DNA of 64,000 nucleotides from Candidatus Latescibacterota bacterium (GTDB taxonomy: Bacteria > Latescibacterota > UBA2968), in assembly GCA_965204375.1 (NCBI GenBank), contig OZ241986.1, positions 5,056,001 to 5,120,000 on the forward strand. Reading direction: 5' to 3'. The position numbers and the translations under genes were made by a program. This document shows, one piece after another, positions 46,877 to 57,087 of the stretch; positions within the stretch are counted from its first letter, which is position 1, and every line of letters begins with the position of its first letter. The notes beneath the pieces are model-generated. The model made no database searches. It was not told the DNA's origin and was given only the letters and a program-made list of their open reading frames with translations.

Positions 46877-48523
46877 TTACACTCCAAATGCTTTTCCAAA
46901 AGTCCCAATCAATTCTTCGCTACGGCCAGTCCCTCGCAAATACTCCTGCAACAAGGGGTGAATGTGATCATCCCAAATTTGTTTACGAACCTCAGAGATC
47001 GATAAACTGGTCGGATATTTCAGATTCATCAAATAAGCGTGACCGATTTGATAATCAGATCCAAGCAACGCTTCGTTCTCGATTTGCACATTCAGATTTT
47101 CAAGATTATCGGCTAATTCAGCCCATTTCTTATGATGTTCATTGAGGTCGTATTTAAGCAATGTATAATCTGGCGTTATCTCTTCCCATCTAAACCTTCT
47201 ACGAAGAGCCAGATCAAAGCTTTCAACACTCCGGTCAATGGTATTCATAGTTCCGATCAGGTAAACATTGGATGGAATAAAAAATTTGTATCCCTCACTT
47301 TTATCACGAAACATGCCTGTCTTCGGGTCATTCAAGTTGGCATATTGAGTTGTGATACGTCCTTTTACGCCGCGATATTCCAGGCAGTACATCAATTCAC
47401 CAAATACACGGGATAGCTCCGCTCTGTTGATTTCATCAATGATAAAAAAGAACGGCGGCACCGCATCAGCTACACGCCTGGAGGAATCCTGAAATTTTAA
47501 AATATGCTCCCAATGAGGGGCTGTGAGTTTGTCTTTATACCGGTCAAGCTCTTCGATAGTGAGTTTCTCCCAATCCGTACCAATCCCAAGTTTATGTACA
47601 TCGATTTCCCATTTACCCGCTCTTCGACAGAACTCCTTGAACACGCCATTTTGTAGCCTCAGTTGAGCCTCACCATTATGATCTAAGATAGGACGCAACC
47701 CTTCCATAAAATCCTCATAACCAAATGAGGGATGAAACTGAACGACCTCTCTTTGTGTGTCAATTTTGTACCGGTTACTATCCGGCGCAAACTCATCTTT
47801 CCAATTAGTGAAATACGATTTTGTTTGCTGAAGGGCTAAATATGTTTTGCCAGTACCCGGAGGACCGTATTTGACAACTTGTTTATTCAGTTTGAATGGA
47901 TTGGATAAATTCTCGTATAGTCCCCAAACGAACATACTCAAGTAAAACTCATCTGTTTCCCCATTGTTAAGCTTATCTTGAAACTCTTCTTTAAATTTGG
48001 AAAGCAAAAATTGATTTTTCGCAAACCAACTCTGGTCTTGATCCGCAGGATAGGAAGAGATTATGTCTTCTCTAATTAGCCAATTGAAGACCTGCTCAAA
48101 TTTACTGGCATCAGCAGTCGTAGATACGTCTCGAGTGCATGCTGCAGCCACTCGATTCACCAGAACAGGATTGTTCCCTCTCCTTTGAGCTTTCCATACA
48201 TTCTCGAACTTCTCGAACGATTCTTGAGTTGGAGAAACGATAAACTCACTGAGCGTTGATAAGAAATCATTATTACTTATAAATGCTTGAAAATTATCTT
48301 TACTCAAGACAGATTGACCACTATTAGCGATTCCATTGCTTTGTTTTCGTAATAATCTATCAAGAAATTCTTCGTCATTTTTATCCAGTTCTTGACCATT
48401 TTGAATACGCCGTCGCACTTCTTCTACTTCATCACAAAATTCCTTACAGGAGTCACGCCAGCGTTGCCATTGGTGTTTATGGTTATCAACAAGATCTTTA
48501 TAAAGATTCTTAAGCCTGCTCAC
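46877..48523 (-). CDS. mcrB: McrB family AAA+ GTPase
   Basis: GPPGTGKT, QFHPSFGYEDF, IIDEINRAE, GTMNTIDRS, ALRRRF, IGHAY. Confidence 0.93.
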   Translation of the reverse strand: MSRLKNLYKDLVDNHKHQWQRWRDSCKEFCDEVEEVRRRIQNGQELDKNDEEFLDRLLRKQSNGIANSGQSVLSKDNFQAFISNNDFLSTLSEFIVSPTQESFEKFENVWKAQRRGNNPVLVNRVAAACTRDVSTTADASKFEQVFNWLIREDIISSYPADQDQSWFAKNQFLLSKFKEEFQDKLNNGETDEFYLSMFVWGLYENLSNPFKLNKQVVKYGPPGTGKTYLALQQTKSYFTNWKDEFAPDSNRYKIDTQREVVQFHPSFGYEDFMEGLRPILDHNGEAQLRLQNGVFKEFCRRAGKWEIDVHKLGIGTDWEKLTIEELDRYKDKLTAPHWEHILKFQDSSRRVADAVPPFFFIIDEINRAELSRVFGELMYCLEYRGVKGRITTQYANLNDPKTGMFRDKSEGYKFFIPSNVYLIGTMNTIDRSVESFDLALRRRFRWEEITPDYTLLKYDLNEHHKKWAELADNLENLNVQIENEALLGSDYQIGHAYLMNLKYPTSLSISEVRKQIWDDHIHPLLQEYLRGTGRSEELIGTFGKAFGV

Positions 48524-48556
48524 TTTTGTTCCTTCTCCGCTATATTTAGAGATTCG

Positions 48557-49675
48557 CTACCCCAACCACCGCTTTCGTGGAAACCGCGCATATACGTACT
48601 GTTTATCGTACGTATCGTCCTCTGCGTAGGACGAATGCCCGCCCAGCAGATCACACGCATACCTCTCGATCTCTTCATCCACCAGATCAACGCCTAAGCC
48701 CGGACCCTCGGGAATCGCGATATAACTATCGACCACCTCGGGTTGCGGAGCCATCACCTCATACCGCGCCTGAACATCGCCCGTTCGATGTTCCCAGATC
48801 AAGAAATTTGGCAGCGTTGCACACAGATGGATAGACGCGATCTCCCCCACCGGACCCAGCGACCCATCGTGCGGCGCAAACTGGATATAGTGTGCCTCGG
48901 CCATACCCGCGAGCTTTTTCATCTGAGCCAGACCGCCAAACCGACCCGCATCCGGCTGGATAACATCCACGATCTCGCGCTCAATAAGCTCGCGAGCACC
49001 ATAGATGTATGCGAGCCGTTCTCCGGCAGCAAGGGGGATATTGATCGCTTCTGACACGCGCGCAAGCGCCTCCACATTCTCGGGCGCGACCGGTTCCTCG
49101 TAAAAAAACACCCCGAACTCCTCAAGTCTGCGACCCATAGAAATCGCATCGCGCGTCGTCATCCACGGCATACCGTGCAAATCGACCATAATATCGACAT
49201 CGTCCCCCACCTCATTGCGTATCGCCGTAATATCGCGGATACAGTGCTCGATCCCCCCCATCTTGAGACCGGTAAAGCCCTGATCCACGAGTTCCCGGGC
49301 GCGCTCGGCCGTATTCGCGTGCGTGTACACCCGCAATCGCTCGCGCATCCGACCGCCCAGCAATTGCCAGACCGGCATATTAAACGCCTTCCCCTTAATA
49401 TCCCACAGCGCCATCTCAATCGCCGAAATAGCACCCGCACCCACAATGCCCGACATCCCGTGGGTTTGTAAAAACATCTTGCTCCACAACCGCTCGATAT
49501 TAAAGGGATCCTCGCCAATAATCAAGCTCGCTTTGTGGTGAATCTCCGTCTGAATACTCGGCCATGCGGTCGCCTCTCCCACGCCATAGATCCCCTCATC
49601 CGTAAACACCCTGCAAAACAAGAAATTCCTGCCATCCTGTCCCGCAGTATAGGTCTTGACATCCGTAATTTTCAT
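48557..49675 (-). CDS. Galactonate dehydratase-like enolase superfamily protein
   Basis: TDEGIYGVGE, EMALWDIKGK, MVDLHG, YEEP, AGER, APH. Confidence 0.88.
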   Translation of the reverse strand: MKITDVKTYTAGQDGRNFLFCRVFTDEGIYGVGEATAWPSIQTEIHHKASLIIGEDPFNIERLWSKMFLQTHGMSGIVGAGAISAIEMALWDIKGKAFNMPVWQLLGGRMRERLRVYTHANTAERARELVDQGFTGLKMGGIEHCIRDITAIRNEVGDDVDIMVDLHGMPWMTTRDAISMGRRLEEFGVFFYEEPVAPENVEALARVSEAINIPLAAGERLAYIYGARELIEREIVDVIQPDAGRFGGLAQMKKLAGMAEAHYIQFAPHDGSLGPVGEIASIHLCATLPNFLIWEHRTGDVQARYEVMAPQPEVVDSYIAIPEGPGLGVDLVDEEIERYACDLLGGHSSYAEDDTYDKQYVYARFPRKRWLG

Positions 49676-49764
49676 GCCATCACTCCGCGTCATTTACCTG
49701 ATCCGTCATCCTGCCAACAGTGCAGGTTTCGATAGCTTTAATCTCCAGGCCGCATTCCCTACAC

Positions 49765-49829
49765 ACGCCTTCATCTGCGCCATCCGCGTCATCTGTTTAA
49801 GCGATGTACAACTGCGACAGCAGTTCATC
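49765..49829. repeat. CATCTGCG-type array plus dispersed palindrome copy e
   Basis: ACGCCTTCATCTGCGCCATCCGCGTCATCTG; GTACAACTGCGACAGCAGTTCATC (49806-49829). Confidence 0.65.
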
Positions 49830-49838
49830 CGTGATCGA

Positions 49839-51845
49839 TCAGGGATCGCAATGAATCTCGTGCCCCTCTCCGGGAAACCAGAAAACATCGACAAAAACCC
49901 CCAGAAAAACGCCCGCGATATAGCCCATAATCATCCCCAGGAAAAAGGGTGCATAGCGCCGATAGCGTTCCAAACCACCCAACTTCATAATAATCGTCTT
50001 CACACCCCACATCAGGAAAATACTAAAAGAATTATCCTGCATCTCGACCATGCCACAGATCGTAAAACCAATGGGATGGATTGGAAAACCCGGGAAGCGA
50101 TACCGCAGAAAGTAGAGCGTAGCCGTAAAAATGCCGCCTATACCCATAAACAAAAAGCGATTCCAGTCCGTAAACAGCACATCGCCCTGAATTCGAGATA
50201 CAGCCAGCCGACTAAACCCCGCCCCATTGAGAGATCCAATACCCTTAAATGTCGTCCGCCCAAAATTGGCACTGCCAATACCGTAATACCCCTGATAGAT
50301 GACGAAGATGATAACCACCGCCGCACCGAGCAAACAACCGATGAGCACAGTCGGCGCCACGGCTTTGCGGCTGCGCTTTGCCATCGCCATGCTCAACCGC
50401 GGAACATGCGCCATCTGCGTCGTCGCAAACGTCTTCCCATCGGCCACAAGACTCATCGTAAGCGTCAAAATAGAAGCGCCAGCAGGCCCCATATTCCCGA
50501 CGCCGACGGCATGCCATGTAAACCCCGGCGCCGTGAGGGGCACCCGAAGATAGACCAGACCGCTCTCCACCACAATTCGGGACATCCCCACAAACAAAAC
50601 GAGCATCGCAAACGACCAGGCGAGAATCGTCTCCGGCCCCATGCCCGCGCGCCAGAGCCAGAGAAAAACAAAACCGCAACACGTCAGCAAAAGCCAGACA
50701 GCCGTGCGATAGGACATAATCTCTTCGGAATCATCCACGCGCTCATCGCGCAAAAACGCCTTGCGAAAAACATCTCGAAAATGAGACCGCGCAATCCAGA
50801 ATCCCCACCCGACAAAAACGGCCATCCCCCCAAATGTCATCCAGCCAATCGCCGGATGGCTCGAACTCCACGGATCGTTCGGACCCAAATCCAGGCCAAA
50901 GCGGTTGAACAGCCCCACCACACAAATCTGAACCACATGGAAAAACCACAGGCTGAAAAGCACCTCCAGCTTGGTAAAATACCCCAGACAAAACGTGAGC
51001 AACACAAACGTCGTCACAATACTCGGAAAACCCGGCGCCACAGAAATCACATTCCGACCATATCGCCCCGCCAGAAAAGGAAACATCGGCAAATTGACCG
51101 AGAACCACGTGAACACATTCCACGCAATAATGGCAAACGTAAGCCCAAAACCCCATTGAAAAAGCCGATTGCGCACAAGCGTCCTCAGCGTACCCGTCGT
51201 ACCCGAAACACCCGTGAGTTCCAGCAACGCGGTAGCGACCGGAAAAGACAGCCGCTCGTATTCCATCCACTGTTTCCGCAGCAAAACGCTGAGACACAGG
51301 TGAATCGTCAAAATACTCGCAATCAGCGCACCCCACCAGAAAAGCACCGAAAACCACTCGCCCCACGGAAACGCTGCACCGGGCACCTGTCCCTCGTAAA
51401 ATCCGCGCACCGCATCGCGATTGGTAATCGTCGTCCAACTCGGCATATAGGGCAGAAGAAGCTCGTCGAACCGATTCTCTGGCGACGCGTAATACGCAGG
51501 CATCGTCAGCATCTGCAAAAACCACACCGTGAGCCACTCGCCCTGCATAGTAGATGCGACAAAACCGATACAGCAAACCGTGAGCAATTCCGTTGGAGAA
51601 AACCCGATACCGCGCCGCTCGAGAAAAGCGTTCAGAATCAGAAGCCCCACAAAAGGAATGAGCATCGCCATCGAAAGATGCGAATGGTCAGCCCGCGTTG
51701 AATTCACCACAAAGCTGGTATAAGTCGGCCACAGGGGCATGAGCACAGCCATACCCAGCCCAATCAGGAGGGATCGTTTGGTAATAACGGAAGAGCCTTC
51801 GGCCGTTTCGCCTTTGGACAGGCGTGGTTCTGGAGATGCGGACAT
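49839..51845 (-). CDS. DUF6785/DUF6784-type polytopic membrane protein (putative transporter)
   Basis: YYASPEN, LRKQWMEYERLSFP, RIVVESG, FPIHPIGF, PFFLGMIMG. Confidence 0.75.
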   Translation of the reverse strand: MSASPEPRLSKGETAEGSSVITKRSLLIGLGMAVLMPLWPTYTSFVVNSTRADHSHLSMAMLIPFVGLLILNAFLERRGIGFSPTELLTVCCIGFVASTMQGEWLTVWFLQMLTMPAYYASPENRFDELLLPYMPSWTTITNRDAVRGFYEGQVPGAAFPWGEWFSVLFWWGALIASILTIHLCLSVLLRKQWMEYERLSFPVATALLELTGVSGTTGTLRTLVRNRLFQWGFGLTFAIIAWNVFTWFSVNLPMFPFLAGRYGRNVISVAPGFPSIVTTFVLLTFCLGYFTKLEVLFSLWFFHVVQICVVGLFNRFGLDLGPNDPWSSSHPAIGWMTFGGMAVFVGWGFWIARSHFRDVFRKAFLRDERVDDSEEIMSYRTAVWLLLTCCGFVFLWLWRAGMGPETILAWSFAMLVLFVGMSRIVVESGLVYLRVPLTAPGFTWHAVGVGNMGPAGASILTLTMSLVADGKTFATTQMAHVPRLSMAMAKRSRKAVAPTVLIGCLLGAAVVIIFVIYQGYYGIGSANFGRTTFKGIGSLNGAGFSRLAVSRIQGDVLFTDWNRFLFMGIGGIFTATLYFLRYRFPGFPIHPIGFTICGMVEMQDNSFSIFLMWGVKTIIMKLGGLERYRRYAPFFLGMIMGYIAGVFLGVFVDVFWFPGEGHEIHCDP

Positions 51846-51848
51846 AGA

Positions 51849-52832
51849 CTACTCTTCATTAACCGCTTGCAGCAGCGCGTGGATATACCCATACGTGTAC
51901 GCAAAACCGACCTGCCTGGATTCAGGACCAGAAATACCCGGAACGTGATCGGGCATAATCATATATTCGTAGCCTACTTCTTTGAACGTCCGCAAGGCCT
52001 TGAGCATATCCACATCGCCCTCATCGGGGAACACCTCGACAAAATTGCGAAGACCGCCCTTGATATTGCGGAAATGCACATTGAAAATTTTCTTGCGCTC
52101 TCCAAAATAACGGATCACATCATAGGCGTCCGCACTGGGATCTTCCAGGCTCTCGGACATACAGCCCAGGCAGAAATTCAACCCATTGTACGGACTATCG
52201 TACAAATCGATAAACTTCTTAAACCCATCCACCATACCGAGCACGCGCGCGACCCCCCGATACGTCGTTCCATATCCGATACCCGGATCCGAAGGATGAC
52301 ACGCCATCTGGATCTTGTACTCCTCCGCCACGGGCATAATATTCTGCAGCCAGTGATCAATGCGCGCCCACATCTCATCTTCATCCGCAGCACCGCCTTC
52401 AAACTCGCCCAGAGACTGATCCAATTTGTCGTATTCAAACGACGACAACCTCGCACCCCCGCGTCCGTATCGGGGCTCTGTCCGCATATGCCCCAAAATC
52501 GTGATATTGTAATTGAGTCCTCGCAGTCCCGCTTCCGCCGCCATTCTAACCGTCTCGCACATGCGCTCAATGGCCCGGTCACGTTCATCGCTTGGCCCCA
52601 GGAAAATCGCGCCAGCTTCGTTTTGGAAAGCATTGCTGGAACCCAACGGAATGTGAATCATCTCGAGATTAATACCGTATTTATCATACCGATCGCGCAT
52701 GGACTTAATCACATCGGCAGTCCACTCCGCCCAGGGTCCCTCCGGCGTCTGATCGACATTAAAAACCCCGAGTTGCGCGAGAACCTCGATATCCGTGTCG
52801 TCTCGACAACCCACCTGCGTTCCGATATACAT
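51849..52832 (-). CDS. uxuA: Mannonate dehydratase (UxuA) family protein
   Basis: MACHPSDP, GLNFCLGC, VHFRNIKG, MPDHVP, AYTYGYI. Confidence 0.85.
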   Translation of the reverse strand: MYIGTQVGCRDDTDIEVLAQLGVFNVDQTPEGPWAEWTADVIKSMRDRYDKYGINLEMIHIPLGSSNAFQNEAGAIFLGPSDERDRAIERMCETVRMAAEAGLRGLNYNITILGHMRTEPRYGRGGARLSSFEYDKLDQSLGEFEGGAADEDEMWARIDHWLQNIMPVAEEYKIQMACHPSDPGIGYGTTYRGVARVLGMVDGFKKFIDLYDSPYNGLNFCLGCMSESLEDPSADAYDVIRYFGERKKIFNVHFRNIKGGLRNFVEVFPDEGDVDMLKALRTFKEVGYEYMIMPDHVPGISGPESRQVGFAYTYGYIHALLQAVNEE

Positions 52833-52933
52833 GGTAACCTCCAATTTGTGAAGTTAGAACTGCAATAATGCGTTAAATGCCAAAATAAGTTCCGATTCTC
52901 TCAATGTCAATGTGTATGATTTGAAGCCCGATA

Positions 52934-52971
52934 ATAAAAGCCCTGGAGCAATAAGCTATAGGGCTTTTATT
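52934..52971. terminator. Intrinsic terminator hairpin
   Basis: AATAAAAGCCCT..AGGGCTTTTATT. Confidence 0.7.
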
Positions 52972-53073
52972 TTTTGTAACGATCAGCGGTCAGCTAAAAA
53001 TTTTTTGGATCGCGGCTCAAGCATGTCCCCGCATGATGTTGAGCAGGGAATCCTGCCGCGATGACAACCTTCC

Positions 53074-53107
53074 TTCACACTTCTCACTTCCTACTTCACA
53101 CTTCTCA
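53074..53107. repeat. Heptamer array (CACTTCx)n at a gene stop
   Basis: TTCACACTTCTCACTTCCTACTTCACACTTCTCA. Confidence 0.7.
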
Positions 53108-54106
53108 ATCCCAGGGCAGCGGCACCCCCAGACGCGCGCCAACCTCGCGTGCGTTTTCCTGTTCCATCTCGCCATAGCGAATACCCTCGGCCCGATGGAT
53201 CGCCATGCGCTCTTCTTCAATCGCCCCCGGCAGCAACGCGCGGTCATGTCCCGGCATCGGCTCGTACGTCTCGCGCACCGTTCTCACCATGTGATCTGAC
53301 TCAGCCCGGAAAACCTCTTCGGAAACCGCCTGATCAACGCGGATCGCAAGAACACAACCACCCGCACCTGACGAGGGCCATTTTTCTTTCATCTCGTGAG
53401 AAGACGGAAGACTGGCACCCGCCAATCCACCCCCCATAATCGAAGCCACAGCCGTGTACCCAATACTCTTAAAAAACGCCGCCGGAATCATCTCGAACAA
53501 AGCCTCATACTCCGGACCCCGCTGGTAATCGGCCAAAATACAGGTCGCCGCATCCAGAACAATCGGAGGCTCATCCCCAGAGGGAATCGCAAAACATATT
53601 GGCGGATTGCCAAAATAGCCGAGAAGCGGTCCCCTGCCATCCCTCTTTGCATTGCCCTGCTGTCTGCCCTGTACGCAAAAACCAATACACCCCGCCTCGG
53701 AACACATCCTCGCATAATGACCCGCCGAACCAATATGTCCCACATGTCGCGCCAGCCCCATACCCATACCGACCTCCTGAGCCTTGCGAATCGCGTGCTC
53801 TGCTGCGCGCACCATCGGGAGATACCCCACCGTACCATCCCCATCAATAACAGCACACGTCGGCGTCTCGCCGATTACCCGCACATTGGGACGCGGATTG
53901 AGACTCCCATTTTCAAAACTCTTGCAATAGCCATTAACCGTGCGCGTACCGTGGCTGCGAACACCTCGCAGATCGCTATTGACCAGAAGGCGGCTGATCA
54001 CCCGCGCGTGCTCGGTCTCAAGCCCCGCCTTTTCAAAACAAGCTGTGGCAAAATCGAGAAGGCGATCTTCCTGGACCTGAACAAATGATTCGGGAGGTTG
54101 ATTCAT
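53105..54106 (-). CDS. Ldh_2 (malate/L-lactate/sulfolactate dehydrogenase-like) oxidoreductase
   Basis: SDLRGVRSHG, IDGDG..G, HIGSAGHY, GNPPICFAIP, LDAAT; start reassigned to MNQPP. Confidence 0.88.
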   Translation of the reverse strand: MNQPPESFVQVQEDRLLDFATACFEKAGLETEHARVISRLLVNSDLRGVRSHGTRTVNGYCKSFENGSLNPRPNVRVIGETPTCAVIDGDGTVGYLPMVRAAEHAIRKAQEVGMGMGLARHVGHIGSAGHYARMCSEAGCIGFCVQGRQQGNAKRDGRGPLLGYFGNPPICFAIPSGDEPPIVLDAATCILADYQRGPEYEALFEMIPAAFFKSIGYTAVASIMGGGLAGASLPSSHEMKEKWPSSGAGGCVLAIRVDQAVSEEVFRAESDHMVRTVRETYEPMPGHDRALLPGAIEEERMAIHRAEGIRYGEMEQENAREVGARLGVPLPWD

Positions 54107-54143
54107 AGGAATAATCCAAAAGTAAAAAGTGAAAGAACGACCT

Positions 54144-54977
54144 CTAAGACCACAAATAAACCTCGGGATCGTCCTCAGACATGCCGATAAACGACGCCAG
54201 CACAACGCGGGGTTGAGAGCCGACGACAAAAGGAACTTCGTGAATCGTCTCAGAATAAAAAAAGTAGAGATCCCCCGGCTCCAGATTGATCTGCACGCGC
54301 GCAATCCCCTCCTCCTCCGCGTACTCGCGAAACCGCCTCTCCTCGAGAGGGCGTTGAAACGCTGGCGACATAGGTGCCCTGTACAGAATACCCTCGCCGC
54401 TATCCCCCCGATCCTCGCTATTCTGAAAACAGAGCACGCCTGCAAACTGATGTCTAAACCGGGAAACCGTGAAATTATAGCGTTTGGACCGCTTGGACAC
54501 GGAATCGTAATGCGGATAATGCCCCACACCCTCGTGATAAGTTCTAAAAATAGAGGGACCGTAAAGACGCCCATCAACGCTCCGAGCCGTCATAACCCGC
54601 TTGTCTGGAAGCATCCTGGCAAGCGCGTCGTACAGCGTCTTCACGGGATCCTCATACCCATCAAACAAATATGAGAAAAGATCGAGCGTCTGACGAGAAT
54701 GTTCGTAAAAAGCATCTGGATCATTCCCGTGGTGACCCAGACTCGTACCGATATCAACCCGCCGAGGACTGCCATCACCCACCTTGCGCGGATCGTAGAG
54801 CAAATCGCGTTCATAGAACCGCTCAATAAGTTTCGCACAGTGATCCGATGGAAACGCGCAACGCACGATAACAGCGGGAATCTCGCTCGCCATCATCGCA
54901 TCGAACGGCCGCGGAACCTGCGCGAGAATCTCATCAACCGTGCCCTCGACAGGGGACCAGATCGCTGTTTGAGACAT
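54144..54977 (-). CDS. 2OG-Fe(II) oxygenase-like protein
   Basis: PHYD...IHEV..RVVLASF facial-triad pattern; LEPGDLYFF. Confidence 0.65.
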   Translation of the reverse strand: MSQTAIWSPVEGTVDEILAQVPRPFDAMMASEIPAVIVRCAFPSDHCAKLIERFYERDLLYDPRKVGDGSPRRVDIGTSLGHHGNDPDAFYEHSRQTLDLFSYLFDGYEDPVKTLYDALARMLPDKRVMTARSVDGRLYGPSIFRTYHEGVGHYPHYDSVSKRSKRYNFTVSRFRHQFAGVLCFQNSEDRGDSGEGILYRAPMSPAFQRPLEERRFREYAEEEGIARVQINLEPGDLYFFYSETIHEVPFVVGSQPRVVLASFIGMSEDDPEVYLWS

Positions 54978-54998
54978 CGTAATTTCTCCTTACACAGC

Positions 54999-56093
54999 TT
55001 AAGACACAGAACTCAAAGGCTCTGAAATCGCGGCAATTTTCTCCTCATCCAATTCCATCCCCAACCCCGGACCTTCAGGTACAATCACATAACCATTCTC
55101 GTATTGTATGCGCTCCTTAACCACATCGCTCTCGTACAGCAACCCACCTGTTGGATCGCCCGGATAATCGAGATTCTCCACCACAGAACCAAACGTCGCC
55201 TGAGCCGCCACGCCAATGGACAACTCCTGCGTCGTACCCACCAGACACGACAGACCAGCCGCATCGGCCACCTGCGCGATATGCAGCGCATTTGTGAACC
55301 CGCCCGCACCCGACAAACTGATATTAAAAATATCGACATACCGGTGCCGGGCAAACTGATAGGCCTGATCCAGTGAACTGACGTGCTCACTAATCGGCAA
55401 ATCAATGCGCTTGCGCACCTCGTATTGGCCCTCCAGATCTCTCCGGTCAGAAACGGATTCCAGATGAAAAGGCCTGTAGTACCTCAGCAAAACATCCAGC
55501 GCCTGCACCACCCGTTTCCACTTGTGTGCGCCGCTAAAGTCGAGAGACTTCAACACAAACTGATCGCCCCAGGACGACTTCACCCCATCCAAAAAAATCT
55601 CATCTGCCGCCACATTGCCCCCGTGATACAGCCGAAACAGATCCTGACCCTCTTTCATCCTGCGATTGACCCGCGCGATATTCGCCTCGGCATCTTCCCT
55701 GGAATAATTCCTGAAAATCGGATAACACACGCGCCACTTATCCCTCAGCGCCCCGCCAAACACACCCGCAACCGACTGCCCCTGAATCTTGCCGATCAAA
55801 TCAAAAAGACCGATCTCAAACCCCGCTCGAATCGCCCCACCCATTCGGAACCGAGACCTCGCTTCAATGGTGATCGTACGCCACGCCAGCGGATCCTTTC
55901 CCACGAGCAACGACTCGTAGGCACCCTTGACATCATTGAGATCGTACATCACGCCCCAATCGCCCACATCGGACATCTCTCCCAGACCGATCAATCCCTC
56001 ATCCGTATGCATGCGAATAATGACGTGGCGAGACAAATGCCCCGTCTCACGCCTCGATGCAACAGGGGTCAAATCAACACTCGTGATCTTCAT
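54999..56093 (-). CDS. Mandelate racemase/muconate cycloisomerase family protein
   Basis: TDEGLIGLGE, EIGLFDLIGK, PEGPGLG. Confidence 0.85.
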   Translation of the reverse strand: MKITSVDLTPVASRRETGHLSRHVIIRMHTDEGLIGLGEMSDVGDWGVMYDLNDVKGAYESLLVGKDPLAWRTITIEARSRFRMGGAIRAGFEIGLFDLIGKIQGQSVAGVFGGALRDKWRVCYPIFRNYSREDAEANIARVNRRMKEGQDLFRLYHGGNVAADEIFLDGVKSSWGDQFVLKSLDFSGAHKWKRVVQALDVLLRYYRPFHLESVSDRRDLEGQYEVRKRIDLPISEHVSSLDQAYQFARHRYVDIFNISLSGAGGFTNALHIAQVADAAGLSCLVGTTQELSIGVAAQATFGSVVENLDYPGDPTGGLLYESDVVKERIQYENGYVIVPEGPGLGMELDEEKIAAISEPLSSVS

Positions 56094-56262
56094 AATAATC
56101 CTCCTCTGGTCAATACCAGCCAAGGGGTGTACAACACCGCCAAAAATTCATCCACATGACGCATAAACAGCGTCCTGGCGTCTCAACCTCAAACTAACGC
56201 ATTTTTCAGGCAATATCAAGTAATACTGGAGATTAGGGACTGGGGCTGGTTGGGCTACCGCT

Positions 56263-57087
56263 TCAATACTTTCGCGCCAGCGGATCTGCACCGAGAACAT
56301 TGGGATGGGCAATTGCATTGCGGAGGGCTGTATAGAGGGGATGGAGACACTCGACATTTTGCGCGAGGGATCGTATCACAAAAAGATCGGGTCTGGGGGA
56401 AGCAAAGGAAAGCAAGAGCGAATCCCGCGAGGGTTTCAACAAAGGAGCGAGCGATTGGGAAAGACTTTCAACCAGACAGCTAAAACGCGCGGAAATACCC
56501 GCAACAAAAATATTAAAAACAACATTATAGGCCCCAAACGCACCCGTATATGCCGGCGACAACATCTCCGGCGCGGAATAATAGCGCTCCAATAGAACCG
56601 GGCGTTCGGCCGTATGCACAGTAATATCAGACCGGTAACTCGTGTACCCAAAACACTCCCCAAAAGCCATGCGTCCAGCCGTATGACCATCGGCGAGCAC
56701 CAGACATGCGTCAGACCCCAGATGCCACGTCTGCTCCTGCTCAAAAACACTTCGCGCATAAGGGACAACGGGATCGGGCAAAACAACGGCAAGGCCCCCG
56801 GCTTCCACCTCACCGATAATTATTTGTTTACACGGAATACCATTAGGACTCTTATAAACTTTGGTAAACGCCTGAGTCCCCAGATAAAGAGCCGCCCCCT
56901 CACCACAACGCACACACAGCGTCGTCGCATCCCCCTCGACCATACCGCCCCCATAACTGGAAAGCACAACAGCGCAATAATCGCCCTGTGCGGCGGGATT
57001 GAGCAACTTCAAAGGCGCGACTGAGCGACAGGCAGTAAGGACAGAACGGGAACCATTACGGGTCACTTCAATTTGGGAAGGAAGCAA
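56263..57087 (-). CDS. ureD: Urease accessory protein UreD
   Basis: PLKLLNP, SYGGGMVEGD, TQAFTKVYK, LPDPVVPY, ARKY. Confidence 0.9.
   Translation of the reverse strand: MLPSQIEVTRNGSRSVLTACRSVAPLKLLNPAAQGDYCAVVLSSYGGGMVEGDATTLCVRCGEGAALYLGTQAFTKVYKSPNGIPCKQIIIGEVEAGGLAVVLPDPVVPYARSVFEQEQTWHLGSDACLVLADGHTAGRMAFGECFGYTSYRSDITVHTAERPVLLERYYSAPEMLSPAYTGAFGAYNVVFNIFVAGISARFSCLVESLSQSLAPLLKPSRDSLLLSFASPRPDLFVIRSLAQNVECLHPLYTALRNAIAHPNVLGADPLARKY

Noticed and set aside
49656-52868. 681-aa and 333-aa plus-strand ORFs
   Set aside because: Antisense to the DUF6785 and uxuA genes; no motifs.
53105-54577. 490-aa version of the Ldh_2 ORF, and similar N-terminal extensions of ureC, ureG, lolE and M32
   Set aside because: Extensions overlap neighbouring genes or repeats; downstream starts match the family N-termini.
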